The notes: a model not told the origin generated them from the sequence alone. Shown: positions 48,601 to 62,294, counted from the first letter of the whole stretch. The stretch: DNA of 63,805 nt, filler included, from Choristocarpus tenellus KU-1152 (GCA_964200185.2; 10 parts of 10 records of this genome joined end to end with filler, not necessarily neighbours in it); one strand, 5' to 3'. Numbers and translations are program-made.

Positions 48601-50641
48601 GCTAAGGCTGCCGAGAAGGCCCGGCAGAGGTTTGAAGAGGTGCGGTGTTTGCTTGTTTGAGTTGTAACAAGTTTGGTGGAACTAGACGTGAGTTGCGTGG
48701 TGTGATGGTTGATCCCCTTTGATCTGCGCCGATTGTGTTATTCCCCAGTATTTGTGCCCATGTTTGGGAAGGTATGCTTTTTTCAGGTTCCCGTTAGGTT
48801 TTAATGCCTCACCCCTGCACCTGATGGGCTTCATTCCAATGTTTTTTAAAGTGTAGTCACAGTCATAGAGTGACAGACAGTGTTGGTGCTAACTGTTCAT
48901 TCGCCCGGTGAATTCACTGTGCATCCTTGATAACACTTCTTCGTCCCTTCACAGCCTGCTCTTCTGCTGAGGTTGTAATGCCTTGTGCTTTCTCATGCGT
49001 GCTAGATGACATCTACCAACTCCAGCTGCGACATCCTCCTATACCATGTCCGTGTGCCATTTTTGGTATCATTTCTCATAGGTCATGTTCCAGCAAGCTG
49101 CACAGCTTGCTTACCTTAGTGATGAAGTAAGTGAAATGCTTGATGAGAAAGAAGGGCTGGGCAATCCTGCAGTAGATCCTGTTGTAGGCTTGAGGGAGCG
49201 TATGGAAGCCATGACAAACAGGACTGAGAGTGACATTGCTGTGGTTACACTGGAGGAAGCGGTACAGACATTTTCTGGGGTTGTCAAAGACGCATCTACC
49301 TCTGGTGTTCTCCATGGGCTGCCTTGCAACAGTAGCTCAACTGTGAACCCAGTAGAGTCTCTGGCAATGAAGGTCAAACCGCTGATGGCTGCGACAGCTA
49401 GTGAGACAGCAGTGTCAGATGTGGTTGTGAAGAACAAGGATGAAGGGGTCAGGGAGAGGGGATGGGAACCGTTCAATGCTGAGGATGTCAGCAGAGTGAC
49501 AGCAACCATGGTGGCAGCCACAGCGGCAGCTGGTGCTGCAGAGTCCGCTGCTGCTGCAGCTACTGCAGCCAAGGCTGCAGGAGTTGCAGCAGCTGAGGCC
49601 ACAGGGGCTGCAGCAGTAGTTAGGATGGGGCTGGATGAGCGCAGAGCATGGGGAGTAGGGCGCATCTCCTTTACCAGGTAAGATTGTGGAGGGTTGGACA
49701 GGCGGTCTTGTGGTATTGCAGTCAGGACACAAACGATGGGCAAAGAGTGGCCTTCTCACTTGCCTGTGGATGTTGTAGACCCCCTATATAGTCTGGTCCA
49801 AAGACCATGAATCATTTAGTTAGGGTGAATGAAGCTGACTTGGGAGAAGCAAGAAAAGGTGGGGGTGGACACAGATTGTTGTTTTGCGTAGTCTGATAGT
49901 CCAATATTTAATTACGCTAGCTCTTTCTTCACCTGATACTCATGCTTGGTAATGACATCATGGCAGCAACCCACACATCTTGCCTATCATCTTCATGTAG
50001 CTTTGCACTAGGAGAGCTGGCCCTCTTCATCCCCACACCTGGTGGTCGCTTCCTGGCATTCAACTGTGGCTGCCCTAGCCATTTCTTGTCAGACGAGAGT
50101 CAGCTTTTGGTAGGGGAGGACATCCACTTCCGAGAGTACTATGTTCTGGGGCGCATTGTGGAAATTCGGGTGGGTACCACGGAGTGATTTCTGAACTCAA
50201 CAGATACGTGGACTATAAAAAACCCTAGGTTACCAAAGAGTGGTGTTGAATTTCACATACATTGATTTGGTTGGGTTTTTTATAGATTTGATGGCATACT
50301 CAGTTACGAAGCATATTCAAATGAAAAATTGAGACCCTTCTTTTGCTCCCTCCCAAGTACTGAGAGTTTTTGAACACCTTGAGCCCTTTCTGTAGATGTG
50401 CCTTAGTCTTTTGGCACCACAACGTATTTGCTGTCTCTCCTTCATGCCTGGCTCCACTTTTCTCCTCCCCTGTGCCTCTGATGTTGACTTGCAGGACTTC
50501 GTCTGTGAGGGTCCCCCTTCTGGTCCTGGAGCTAACCTCTATGGAGCCCAAGAAGGCTCAACTATAAAGCTGGTGTCTGTTACAAGTATAGCATCAGAAA
50601 TTGATGCCTCCTCTTTGGGCCAAACCACAACCTGGTCATAG
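45601..50641 (+). CDS. ATG11/FIP200 C-terminal (Claw) domain protein with N-terminal LIR/FIR-like motifs, 8 exons, about 727 aa
   Basis: Exons 45601-45777, 46223-46414, 46947-47173, 47575-47664, 48054-48639, 49082-49677, 50001-50169, 50495-50641; all GT-AG and in phase. Claw pattern RISFTSFALGELALFIPT..FLAFNCGCPSHFLS..YVLGRIVEI..NLYG..GSTIKLVSV; central coiled coil. Confidence 0.85.
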
Positions 50642-53600
50642 TGATGCCCAGGTGTCGAAGCACCTTGTTGCCCATCCCAAGGGTTATGCCCAAAAGAAAA
50701 ACAACCAAAAGTCCCAATTCACAACTGTCAACTGAATACAACAGATTTCGTGATGCTGCATTCCTATACAACTATCAGCACAACGTAGGAGAAATGCACA
50801 CCAGTGTTGCTACCTCTTGAGTGGCCTGTTCAGAAGCAGGACTGAACAAGGCAGAGTGTTCAATCAATGTGGTTGCCTCATGGGGGACAACAGACTGACT
50901 AACAGACTGGTTGTGAGCACTTCCAGTGTTGGAATTCCCACTGATGCTGTCACCGCCCCTGAATACCCTCCTGTGCCTGTGGTGTTGTGCATTTGAAATA
51001 CCTGAGTTGGTGCATTTTGTCTCTCCTGTTGTTTGTTTATTATTGTTGTATATGAGTCAATGCACCGAAGAGCTGATTGATATGGGTGTAAGGATGAGCT
51101 AACTCAGCTTGCTCCAAAGGCGGGATGGGTGTTAATGTATGAAGTAGTCTTATGCCACTGCCACGGGACATTGAGATGTATATTTTTATCCATCCCGTAG
51201 ATCACGTGATGCCCCTTTTATTGAGAGAACAAGGGATTGACATTTTGCGTGAGACATCCCCTGTAAAGAAGTGTGTGTGTGTATGTGTGTATTGTGTGTA
51301 TGTCTTTTGAGGATTTTGCAACATCTGCTGCTGTGGTTAAGGTATTTGATGTTGACTTGCAACATCAAATATACCGTGGGTTGTTATAATGCTACAAGTA
51401 ATAAAGTGACGTGTTATGTGTACTTACGTAGAACTTCTACAAAAATTGAAGGTGTGCGCAAAGCGGTGATCATCGGATTACGTGTGGAAATCGACAGGGT
51501 TTGACCTTCAATGACTGCTGCTGTGCAATATCTATATTTGTCAACCACACCTCCATTGCAGCTTTGGAAAAGAAATCATCTTGACTATCAAGGTCAGCCC
51601 CTACATGCCCCTGTCCACCAAAAAGGAATCCCCAGTGTATATATAGTATGCGCACGTACGTTCCATGCATGAATATGTAAACTAGACACAGAATATTGGC
51701 GTTTCAGACTATCTAGTTGTGTTTTGCTGTATTTTCCGCTCTTGTATGTTACTTCTTTTCCCCCTTGTAATGTCTACAAAATGTCAGAAGGCATGATGAA
51801 GTGTGATTTACCTTGATCATTTCTAGCAATCACTGGTTTTTTGAGGATTAGGAAGAATACCTCTGATGAACTCTATTTTACCTTGCTAGTTATTTTTAGG
51901 AACCACTGGTTTTATGAGGATTAGTAAGAACACCTCTGGCTGTGAGATAAACGTGATGCTCAGAAGGCCTGTCCAAATATTCGATTGGAAAAAATGGTCT
52001 GTTGACTGCCATTTTGATGTACAAATAATAATCCCAGCAAAGCGTTCAAATGGTATAGAAAACCCTTGTCCTCAATGCTTCACATCTCAGACAATGAATG
52101 CAATGCTCACATATTAGAACCGAACATTTCTTCACTATCCAGATATCATACGCTATGGAGGAAATGCCTACAAGCATTATCCCAGACAACAGAGGTTGCA
52201 GACAAAAAACCCAAGAGTCTGCCAAACAACGTACTTCATGTAGAAAACAACTCTGAGTGCTGTCCTGGACAACAAACGTTATATACTAAAATGCCCCAGG
52301 AAAACGACATCACGTATCAAATGGGGTCAAGCTTTTCCTGATCGACAGGTATGATAGAGCACATGGGCTCAAGCATTCGCTCAACCGTAGGCCACAATTA
52401 GCGAACGTTTGCTCTTCCTTTTCGTATTATCTACTTTTTCCTTCTTCGAAGCTTCTTCCATTCCTCGCTTTTTCTTCAAAGAATAAGCGAAAGAATAAAA
52501 TACGAAAGAGGACCGAGAGATTAACAATTCAATTGAAAAGAACCAAAAATTATAGTACGAACATTCTAGAGCAAAATGGACTCAAAGACGTGCCGGAAAA
52601 TTGGGCAATAAAGTAAAGGCCACTGAACATTGCCCTGAAAACAGACTTTATGCACAAGCATTGTGCCAGACAACAAACCATGTAAAGTAAGTGGACTCTG
52701 GTGTTACATGGATGGATAATAGACGTTATAGATGGAGCAGTTGGCCCCCAGACATTGTCCGGAAAACATAAATAATAGAGCAAAACGACCCTTGAAGTGG
52801 GTAACATTCGTTATACCTCAAATATGACGCTGAATGTTCTAGGGTCAGGGTTAAACTTAGCGCTGAGTGTTTCGTTATTATAGGCATGAGAATCTTTTCA
52901 TTTTTATTTTATCAGCAGATTGTTGGCAGTAGTACATTTGTCCTACACCCTATCTGTGCTTTTTATTAGTTCGTGTACCCATGTATACTCTCGAGGGAAA
53001 AGGAAGAGATCCATTCGTATAAAGGAGGGTATTTCTTTTATTAAAATAAAAAAATAAGAAAAAGACCGGATTAAAAAGGCAGGCGAGGAAAGAAGAGCTT
53101 TCTTTTCGGTATATTCGTGATAGGCATGAAATGTACGAACAGAAAAAAATCGCCATGCTTCCGTTTTTACATCATACTGCATATATGTTTGTATATGAGG
53201 AGCACCATGCTTCAAGTACATACCTGAAAATACATCGTTTTGAAGTATTAATAGTATTGCATTGATGCAATCACACAATTGATGTAGAATTTGTTTTTCT
53301 GTGTTGTAAATGGTTCTGTTTCAGCATACCACCCCACCTATGGTGATATACTACTCCTATGTTGAACTCCTGGGTTGACCTTCAGACCTTTCCTTGGCCA
53401 TATACCCACAAAATATACACCTAGCCTACCCACAGTTCTCCTATTGCAGAATTATGTGTTTCTAGTTACAAAGGATACACGAACAGATAGTTGAAATCAG
53501 GATCAAAACTTGCATGCCATAACAACTAGAGAGAGTCTCGACTGTTGCCAACCAATATATATATATATACATACATTTCTCCCTTTCTTTTTACACCCAT

Positions 53601-55077
53601 GTCTCTTGTAGGTCATGCTCCACACATACTGCAGCAACCAGCACAGCAACAATGGAACAGCATCATCAGTGTATTGTACATGTCCATTCAACCCCCATTA
53701 TTGGTGCTGTGCTATGTACTCAGATAAATTCTGCATGAAAAATCTCTTACCTTGTGAGCGCAATGCTTGGTCACCCTTCACAATTGTGACACATTTCTCC
53801 AGACTATTCAGGAATGTGTTCTTACATTGAAACTCTAGTTGCTGCAGCCCATCACTACCAGTAAGGCCTCTTTGCAGTCTAATATTATTCACGACCAATT
53901 TCGAAATGTGCTACCACTTTAGATACCACCATTTGCAAAGCCCCCTCATACAGTAAGTCGGCCAGGAGGCCCAACACTATAGCTGCCATCTACTGCTCAC
54001 TTGTTAACATAATTTCAACCATTTCAACAACCCCCCATACTGCACCTTCTAGGAGGTCATGGATCTTACACAATGAGCACCAAAAACTAAAACATTTGAA
54101 TGTCTTCAAATCTTTCAAAGGTGGTGTGACAGTCCCCCATGAAGGAAAACAAATACTGCGACTGACACGCTCCAAGACCATTGCACAGCAACCAAAAATG
54201 ATGACGGTACGGGGTTCTTCCCTTTCAATAAAGATCAATAGAAGCATTCAAGCTTAGTGTTGATTGAAATTGCTCATACACTGCGGTGTATTTTAAAATA
54301 AACAAATATAGAGAGGGAAAAGGTTACTCCCTCATTACAAGACTACAACATATACAATGCAGGATTTCAAATTTCTCTGTATTGATCTATGCTCTTTGCT
54401 GTTGCTTGGACTAAACGCAGTAAGTGAATTGGCAGAAGAAGCGAGAAAGACATGTCTGCTGTGGAACAGAGCAGAGCAAGTCCAATGGTCACATGTTTTT
54501 ATTAAAGAGCCTTGGTAGCAGAGGAAATGTAATTGGGGCTTGTGTCAATGGTGTTGAACGCTACTGATAATATGCCAGAGGCATAGCAGCCAACCCAGGC
54601 GAGCTGGCAAGTACAACATGTGAGGCAAAAGATGGGTGGGGAATGTTTAAAGTCAATGTTAAGGCACAGATTGAGTCATGCGGACATGCACCCGGGAAGA
54701 CGACCAAATTACAGGAATTTCTTGTATTTGCTCCCATACCTACAGTGGAATAGCTCCTCTCACGCTCTCTTTCCCGTTGTGTGATAGAAGAAAGACAGTC
54801 ACCAGGGAAAATATGGACTATTATGTACTCTATTTTTGTGTGACGTGCTTGCTTGCTTAGGTAGTTCACATCTTAGCTTCTAAAACAACTGCACCTGGGG
54901 ACCGTCGAGACCTTACGTACAAAACATTCGCCTTCCCCGCCCACATTCCAAGCGTCGGGTCATTGGAGATCAGACCCACTTTCAAGCAGTCGCTAACAAG
55001 TGTGACCATCCTCTCTGGGGACAAAAAGAGTAGGTCAGGAATTTGAGCCTGCCATCCTGCTCAATCAGACTAGTGTC

Positions 55078-55512
55078 TCACGTGAACGACAGGACGCCAG
55101 ACGACAATTCCGAGATGGAACCAAAGCTATGATCCCCCCCAGTCGCTCCTTCAAGAACACCGAAGGCTGCATTTTTGTGCAGGGCGGCTTTCCCCCGCTT
55201 CATCCCCGCAACCTCCTCGCCAACAAAGGCTAATCTGTAGAACCTAGGTCGTCCGTCCACCGTCCACCTGATCCCGCAGAACGCAACTATTCCCTCTGAG
55301 AGCACAGAGCAAAGCTCATTAACCCCTCCCGGGCCACTTCCAAGAAGAGTAAGAACTGTGGAGGATCCACCCTTGTACGTAAATGCACACCAGTCATCCG
55401 CAGATTCGTCGCTACGTACTCTACTCCATGCCTCGGCGAGAGATGGGTCCGACACATCAACGCCCGATGAACGCTTGGTCGTGTGGAGAGCCTTCGCCTC
55501 CCCGGCGAGCAT
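55078..55512 (-). CDS. coactosin-like ADF-H (cofilin family) actin-binding protein
   Basis: DVSDPSLAEAWSRVRSD..DWCAFTY..LGSGPGGVNEL..VAFCGIR..RF..LAFVGEEVAGMKRGKAALHK; in-frame stop a few codons upstream of the ATG at 55512. Confidence 0.85.
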   Translation of the reverse strand: MLAGEAKALHTTKRSSGVDVSDPSLAEAWSRVRSDESADDWCAFTYKGGSSTVLTLLGSGPGGVNELCSVLSEGIVAFCGIRWTVDGRPRFYRLAFVGEEVAGMKRGKAALHKNAAFGVLEGATGGDHSFGSISELSSGVLSFT

Positions 55513-55914
55513 CTCCACAAACAATAAAGCGATACTTGGTCAACGAATCAGGGAACCTTCACCCTATCCTTGCTCGGCTCCTGGTCACCGTTACGTGAAA
55601 AATGCGACCCTTTACTCTTCCTTCCTTTTTGGTGTTGTGTGTTTGATTTCCTTTCTGTCTTTATCAAAACGCCTTCCATCGCATTATCAAAACATACCGT
55701 TTTCAAGGAACTATTTGCGATTGGAAAAGCATGGAACACACCTATACACACACTATATAGAGGTATCATGTTGGATATGTATGATACGAGTAACACTGAA
55801 TGAATACTTGTATCCTTGTACTCGTACTTGTAAGGTTCGCATTTCGTGTTTTAGGGAGTTGGAGTGTATCATCAATAAAATACTATGGTGGGACATCCAT
55901 AGAACAGCCGATTT

Positions 55915-55969
55915 CAAAAATTGAGGATGGAGCTTTTCATTGAGGATGGGCTTGATCTAAAATTGACTG
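55915..55969 (+). repeat. dispersed repeat family C fragment at contig end
   Basis: Near-identical to 5000-5056 and breaks at the same base. Confidence 0.7.
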
Positions 55970-56361
55970 NNNNNNNNNNNNNNNNNNNNNNNNNNNNNNN
56001 NNNNNNNNNNNNNTTAATTAATTAANNNNNNNNNNNNNNNNNNNNNNNNNNNNNNNNNNNNNNNNNNNNGGGAAGGGGAGGGATAGAACCCATTTACACG
56101 CCCAACAGAAGTGACATTATAGAGACCCCGTATCACCTCATAATTGCCAAACATCCAACTGGTGGGGGAGGGGGGGGGGGAAGGGCACCCTCAGGAACTA
56201 CTGCGACACATCTACTACACAAGCTAGTGGCGGTTCAGTCCTGTGGGGATGTGTACGGCAGGGCGGCATCCCCTTCCCCCCACCCCCTGCCCACTACATC
56301 TGTAGCAGGACAACTTATTTCAAGACAACAAGGAAACGAAAAAAATCCCTTACTCACTAAC

Positions 56362-59300
56362 CTCAGCACCGCCTCGCTCAGCAATCTCTACCAATCGCCT
56401 TCCTTCTTTAAGCCACTCCAGCCCCTGCAACCACCCCTCAGCCCCCACTGCATATCCTGGTTCTCCAGTCCCCCCCTCTTCACCCCAGGTCCCATCACCA
56501 TCGCAAGTACTGCCCACTCCCTCCTCAGAGACCTTGAGTTGAGCCCTGGAGATGAGGTCATCGAGCCTTTCTCGGGCAGATGCCAGCGCCTCGGCCATCT
56601 TTTGATCAGCCCCTGACGCTGCTCCCCCTGAGTTGGCAGTGCCACCCTCAGTAGACCCCTCCTGTTCCAAGCGTTTTAAACAGGTTGGTGACTTTGATTT
56701 GGAAGGAAGGGTGCCATAAACATGCACCATACCAACATGCACCATACCAACTGCCACAAGGTAAAAATCCATACCCATACATATCGCAAATCACAACGGA
56801 CTTAGAAGACACTACAAATGATAGATTCAAACTCTGGATAGTATTTACAGGTCTGCTACATAACTCGACCAATATTTCAAAAACTCGCTCAACCCCCCCT
56901 CCCCGAGAACATGGACAGATTATGAAACGCTGACATGAGGTCAGGGGAGTAATACGTTACATAGCGGGCTTGCCTATTTGAGGTAGAGTACAAAGGGGTA
57001 CCCCTGAAAAAGGCCCAGCACTCAGCAAGGCTGTGAAGGTGAGGGAGTGAAAGAGGATTTCCCCAGTTCTTGGGGTTGGGGGGGGGGTGGGGGGTAGGAC
57101 TGAGGCAGGGGCAACAACGAGCGATGCCAAAATCAACAAGGTAAGGGATGTTCCAAGCCAACAACCCATTCATGAATACTTAGCTCCTCGTACCGTGTTC
57201 TGCAACCTACAATCTTGGCACGGCAGAGTGGCAGAGTTTTGAGTAACATCTACTACTTGGAGCACACTAGAAAACACTTTCTTCTTACACAGATACCACA
57301 ATGCCTTTGAGAGTGAAGCACACAAATTACTCTGCTTAGGTCCACTCTACTCCTGAAACTATGGCAGGATAAAACAAGCGATCCCCTTCCCCCCATCTGC
57401 CCTCTTCCTCAAAAATTGAACACACTATGTAGGCAGGAAAAAGAGAGAACTTCCCGACACGTAAACATATGCATACTACTTATGTACCTACTACTAGTTT
57501 GTGTCTCTAAGTTCACAAATTGCAATACGGAGTGGGGAAACATGTGTCACCATGCTCTTATTGACAGCATCGAGTTTTGAAAGGATATGCCCCACTCACA
57601 CACACCACGTGAGAAAAGTGAATAAGAGGGATAAATACTCACCTGAACATTACTTCTCAGGCATGTCCTTGTGGCACATAAACATACTAGGAAATATATT
57701 ATTCAATCCCACAGGAGCAAAGATACATAAATCATACTCCAGAATAGTGGACAATTCAAAGCACACAAGGATTGGCACAAGGTGAAGTTTACAGCATTAG
57801 GTTTAGGGTTAGGGTTAACATAATATGCTAAAGGTAGTACTTTCAATATTTCTATGAAGCAAAAAAAAATAACGTAGAGCCAAGAATAAAAAAGTGGGAT
57901 CTCCTCCACCTCATAGTGCATTTTATTACATGCCATGCACAGCTATCACCGACTGTGCCATATTGACCTCAGAAGATGATGCTACTGAAGTGTATGGGAA
58001 TTATGACATGAGATACTACCAAACACCATTTGATTTTATCTGTAGACATCAATAACTTACAAATTTAACACAAAACTATACCACCACACCAGCCAACACA
58101 CCCTGAATCTATCAGCCCACCCGACACCTCCTGAAACATTTCTCTGCGTAGCACCTGCTTGTCAGCTGCAACAGCTGAAGTGGTCTCCTGTAAGGCTCCT
58201 GCTCTACTCAAGGCGACCAGCAGTTCCCTTGCCTGTGTTCCCAGTTCACCTGTCTTCATCTGCTCTCTGACCATGGCATTGCTTCGGTCTACAACTTTCT
58301 CCACAAGGGGCATTACCTGCCCCCACCCCCACCAACCCCCAGACCGCCAGCAAAAATTATATATTAATGGATTTGAACAGGCTATGGTAGAGGACCAATG
58401 ATTCACCTCAACTATTGCTTACATTTGTTGATGTTTGATAGCATATGTGTTTCATGTTGCTGCTTTGTGGAAAGGGTAGGTGGGTGGGTGTGGGTACTAA
58501 TCAAAGGAAGGGTATGGGTGCTTAACTGTATTACTACATGATAGACTTGAGCCATCTCAAGTTCTCATGTAGAGCAAGGAACAAAGCATCCATGTGGTAT
58601 TGTAGGAAAGGCCACATCGCTCTAACGTTGGATCAAAACAAGGCCAGGTTTGAGCGAGAGAGTTGTCACAAGGGTTTCACACCGGTCAATACCAAGTGGG
58701 TAAAAAACTACCACGCCCATCTTGATTTTTACCTGAAGCTGAAGTGCACTAAGGCTACCCAACACTCCTCGTCATGCATGGAGGAAAGTACAAACGGAAT
58801 GCTGTATAAAGGCGGCAAGATGTACACCAGAACCTGCGAAAAAGCGAAGTGACAACACAGACCAAGCACTAGACCTGTCCTTGCTTAAATAGTCGCACTC
58901 CTAATATTTTGTATTGTAGATCACTCTAGACCACAGGCTGTGTTGCACATCGGCTAGAAATCAGCGGATTGCTGTGCCTCTACAGGGTGGACTTGTAAGA
59001 GTCAGACAAAGATGGGGCATCAGGGTATGGGACACGGCAAATGACAGTGACAAGCTTGCTTTGATCATGCTAGCATTCTCAACTGTCCAAGTAAACAGAG
59101 GAACCAAGCCTGGGGTCCTCTCATTGTCCTCACCTTAGCAACAGGGCAACGGACGGAGTCACCCCTCAAATATGCAATTCCCCAATGTAGGCGGACCATG
59201 AAGACGTCACCATACGCGTCAGCTGCAGGGTGAAATGCATTGATCATACCTTCACCAAACGGTGTCGTCACGCGTAGACCCACCGCCGCAGGGAGCGATC

Positions 59301-59679
59301 GCAAGAGGTCTTCTCTTCGAATGAATCCCAGGGCAGAGCCACGCCCCCGCGGAGCCCATAATCTCACAATGTGCACATTGTCCGACGATCGGTAGCCCAC
59401 CACGACGCCTGTTCCAAAGCTAGTGAGGACACAAGCACCCGTTGCACATAAAGGGGCTCGGAGGAGGTCGTGGAGTGGGGTCAGTGTGGTTCTTCGAGTT
59501 TGTGTACTGGAGTTGTCATATGTGAGTTCGACCGTCACAGCACAGAGACCTTCACCGGTTTCAGGTTTTCTGTAGCGGTTGATATTCCTAACTATTCCCC
59601 ATCCTTCGCTTGTTTCCACTCGAGCACCGACAAGGTCCTCTGGTAGAAATCGAGGCATCATCACTTCAGTAGTGTACAT
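56362..59679 (-). CDS. uncharacterised protein with three T-x-(F/E)-G-x-G beta-barrel-like repeats, 5' part
   Basis: Exons 59134-59679 (AAG|GTGAG), 58128-58316 and 56362-56661, all phase 0; repeats VETSEGWGIV, VLTSFGTGVV, VTTPFGEGMI. Small intervening exons may be missed and the 3' end is lost at the gap. Confidence 0.75.
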
Positions 59680-59869
59680 GACAAATTTTACAAAGAGGAT
59701 AGATTTGACTATTACTGGATTGGAACCTTTAAAAATTGAAGTTTTGGGTTATACTCGTTTTCGGTACTACGGCATTATTACTATGTTTTGCTCACGAATT
59801 CTGAACTATTTTTTTTTATTCGACGTTTGTGTTCCTCCCTATTCCCTTTTCTCCCCACATTCTAACAAC

Positions 59870-60145
59870 CCTTGTGACCAACCAGGGCGACCTCTTCGCC
59901 ACTGATTTCCAGCCACCGTCCACCTCTGATGACCAACCAGGGCGAACCCCTCTCGCCACTGATTTCCAGTCACCCCCTACATCTGATGACCAACAACTAC
60001 AACTACGACAAACCCCCCTTCGCCCCTGATTTCCAGTCACCCCTACATCCGATGACCAACCAGGGCGAACCCCCTTCGCCACTGATTTTTCGTCGCCCCT
60101 CACATCCGATGGCCAACCAGGGCGACCCCTTCGCCACTGATTTCC
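59870..60145. repeat. about 56-60-bp tandem repeat, 4-5 copies
   Basis: GACCAACCAGGGCGA(A)CCCC..TCGCCACTGATTTCC recurs. Confidence 0.85.
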
Positions 60146-62294
60146 GGTCGCTACCACCCCTACCACCCCTTCCACCCCTTTCAACCCTATTCAACCCCAC
60201 TCAACCCCACACCAGCTACCGCTCCAGTCAACCCCACCCCACTTGCCACTCCACCACACCATTCAACACCACTCAGCGCCACTCCACAATCATCCAAGAA
60301 ACCCCCTTCATCATCCCCTTCATACCGTGCCTTTGAGCTAGAAGACATCTNNNNNNNNNNNNNNNNNNNNNNNNNNNNNNNNNNNNNNNNNNNNTTAATT
60401 AATTAANNNNNNNNNNNNNNNNNNNNNNNNNNNNNNNNNNNNNNNNNNNNGCACGGGGCCCATGTGACGGACTTTTTGGTGGGTTTGGTGCTTCTTCCCC
60501 CCCCCCCCCTTCTCCCCCCAGTTTTCCTACCACACCGTAGCCATTTGGGGAATCTCTTGTTTTTGTGCGTAGAAAGGCATTGATGATGTGTAACTCTGGA
60601 GGTGCTGCTGGATAGATGGCGGTGTGTGTGTGTGGATGTGTTTGTTTTCCGTCACTCGACCCTTTGTTTGAGAAAATATATGCGCGAAATCCGTATTTTT
60701 ATCCTCTTTTCTTGGAGTAGTAGTATAGCCTCAATTTGATCCTGTTGTGAAGGGTCCTACTGTGAGTGTACTGTTTTAGGAGTAAGGGTGGAACTTGATC
60801 CGCAGCGGGGAGGTAATCGATAATCATCATTTTCCTAGGGGCCCTCAACCACTCCTGAAATTTCTCGCTTTCAGCCAACCAAGAGAATAGGTCAGAAGAC
60901 GGTATATTATGATTGCCGGTGGGGCAGGGACAGGCCAAACTTTCTCCTTTTCCTTTTTTTTTTTGTTGATGGGATGAAAGGTAGGCAAGTTGTTTTTGAT
61001 GTCGATGTTGACTTATCTTAATTTAACTTTTGTGTTTGAGATGCCCAAGTAGTTCAGGGGGCGAGTGGTGCCTACGTTGTTTACGTCCGGTCCATGGATA
61101 CACGGTGTGAGAGTGGAGGTGCTGCTGAGACCTTCCAGGCGCTAGAAAACCTGCACTGGTTAATGTCGGCATGGGGGTGTATGGGCTCTGTTGAACCAGC
61201 CCCTCTGTGAAACAGTGTGAAGGAGGATTAATTCGAGCGTTGACTGTTTCCCCTCTGAATATATGTTGTCTCTGCATGTTCTTGTGCATGTGTTCATTGT
61301 TGCTGCATGTGGGTGATGAGAGTACCGTATGAATTGTACTTCAGTCTCAATTGTCGCAGGCAGGCCAACGTTTTTCATACGAATCGACTCGGAGATAGTA
61401 AACACTGGAGTTGAACCCTTAGCTTGCCCTGCCCCCTGCACCCCCCCACTGAACCAGTTTGTGTGACAGGTTTCGAGGCTTACCTACGAAATTGGTGGCA
61501 TTTGTGTTTTTTTTTTCAAATCTAATTCATTCACTTTTCTTTTTTTTTAACACTCTATATGAATCACTCGTTCCCTTCTGTGATGGGTGTTTTAATTTTT
61601 CCGATTTTGTAGAACTCTGACTTCCAAAAGGAGCTTAGGTCTCACCCAGACCTGGCGTACCTTGGTGGAAGGTCTCAGTCGCAACGATCTGTACAAGGTG
61701 AGTGTGTTGTGTCTTTATAAGGACTATATAGGGTGCGTGAGAGATTGGGAGGTAAGATTCCACGGGGGGAGATCCAGAGCTGTAGATCATGGTAGGTACT
61801 GGAGTCATGTCGTGGTTCATGGATACGCTCACACTGCTATTTTCTATACTGGGTGTAAGGTATGTGTCAAGAAATATATTTTTACAATTTTGTGCTTTAC
61901 ATATACTACTGATGTGAGTTTTTTTTTAATATTAGGGTTATGGTTATAGGAATAATAAAGGGTTAAGAGTTTGAATGGGGTATTGGTTTTATGTGGGATA
62001 TAGACAGTCATTTGTACAAGATTTCCAAGTCCCACTTGTTGAGGCTCCGCATGTCACCGTGGCAGTGGGTTTATCTGCGTGGGTGGGGACGATCGCCTGA
62101 GTTTTGGGAATGGTGACAACAGAAGGGCACATGCTTGTGTGTTGGGTGTTGAATAGCCTCCTCTTGTGTGCCAAGAGTTCATCCCTAACATCTTCTCTGT
62201 GGTTTTTGGGGTAGTATTAGAATCAGAAGAGATGCCAGATTGTATGTAGTACCAGAACAATACGGTTGGAATTGCAGTTGTTGCAACAAGGGGT

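Noticed and set aside
48019-49759. Minus-strand ORFs of 191 and 210 aa
   Set aside because: Antisense shadows of exons 5 and 6 of the Claw-domain gene.
52380-54250. Isolated exon-like segments (e.g. about 53750-53879 with AAG|GTAAGA)
   Set aside because: They could not be chained into a coherent reading frame or recognised product.
58733-58833. Extra exon in the barrel-repeat gene
   Set aside because: It has splice-like ends but finishes in phase 2, incompatible with the next phase-0 exon.
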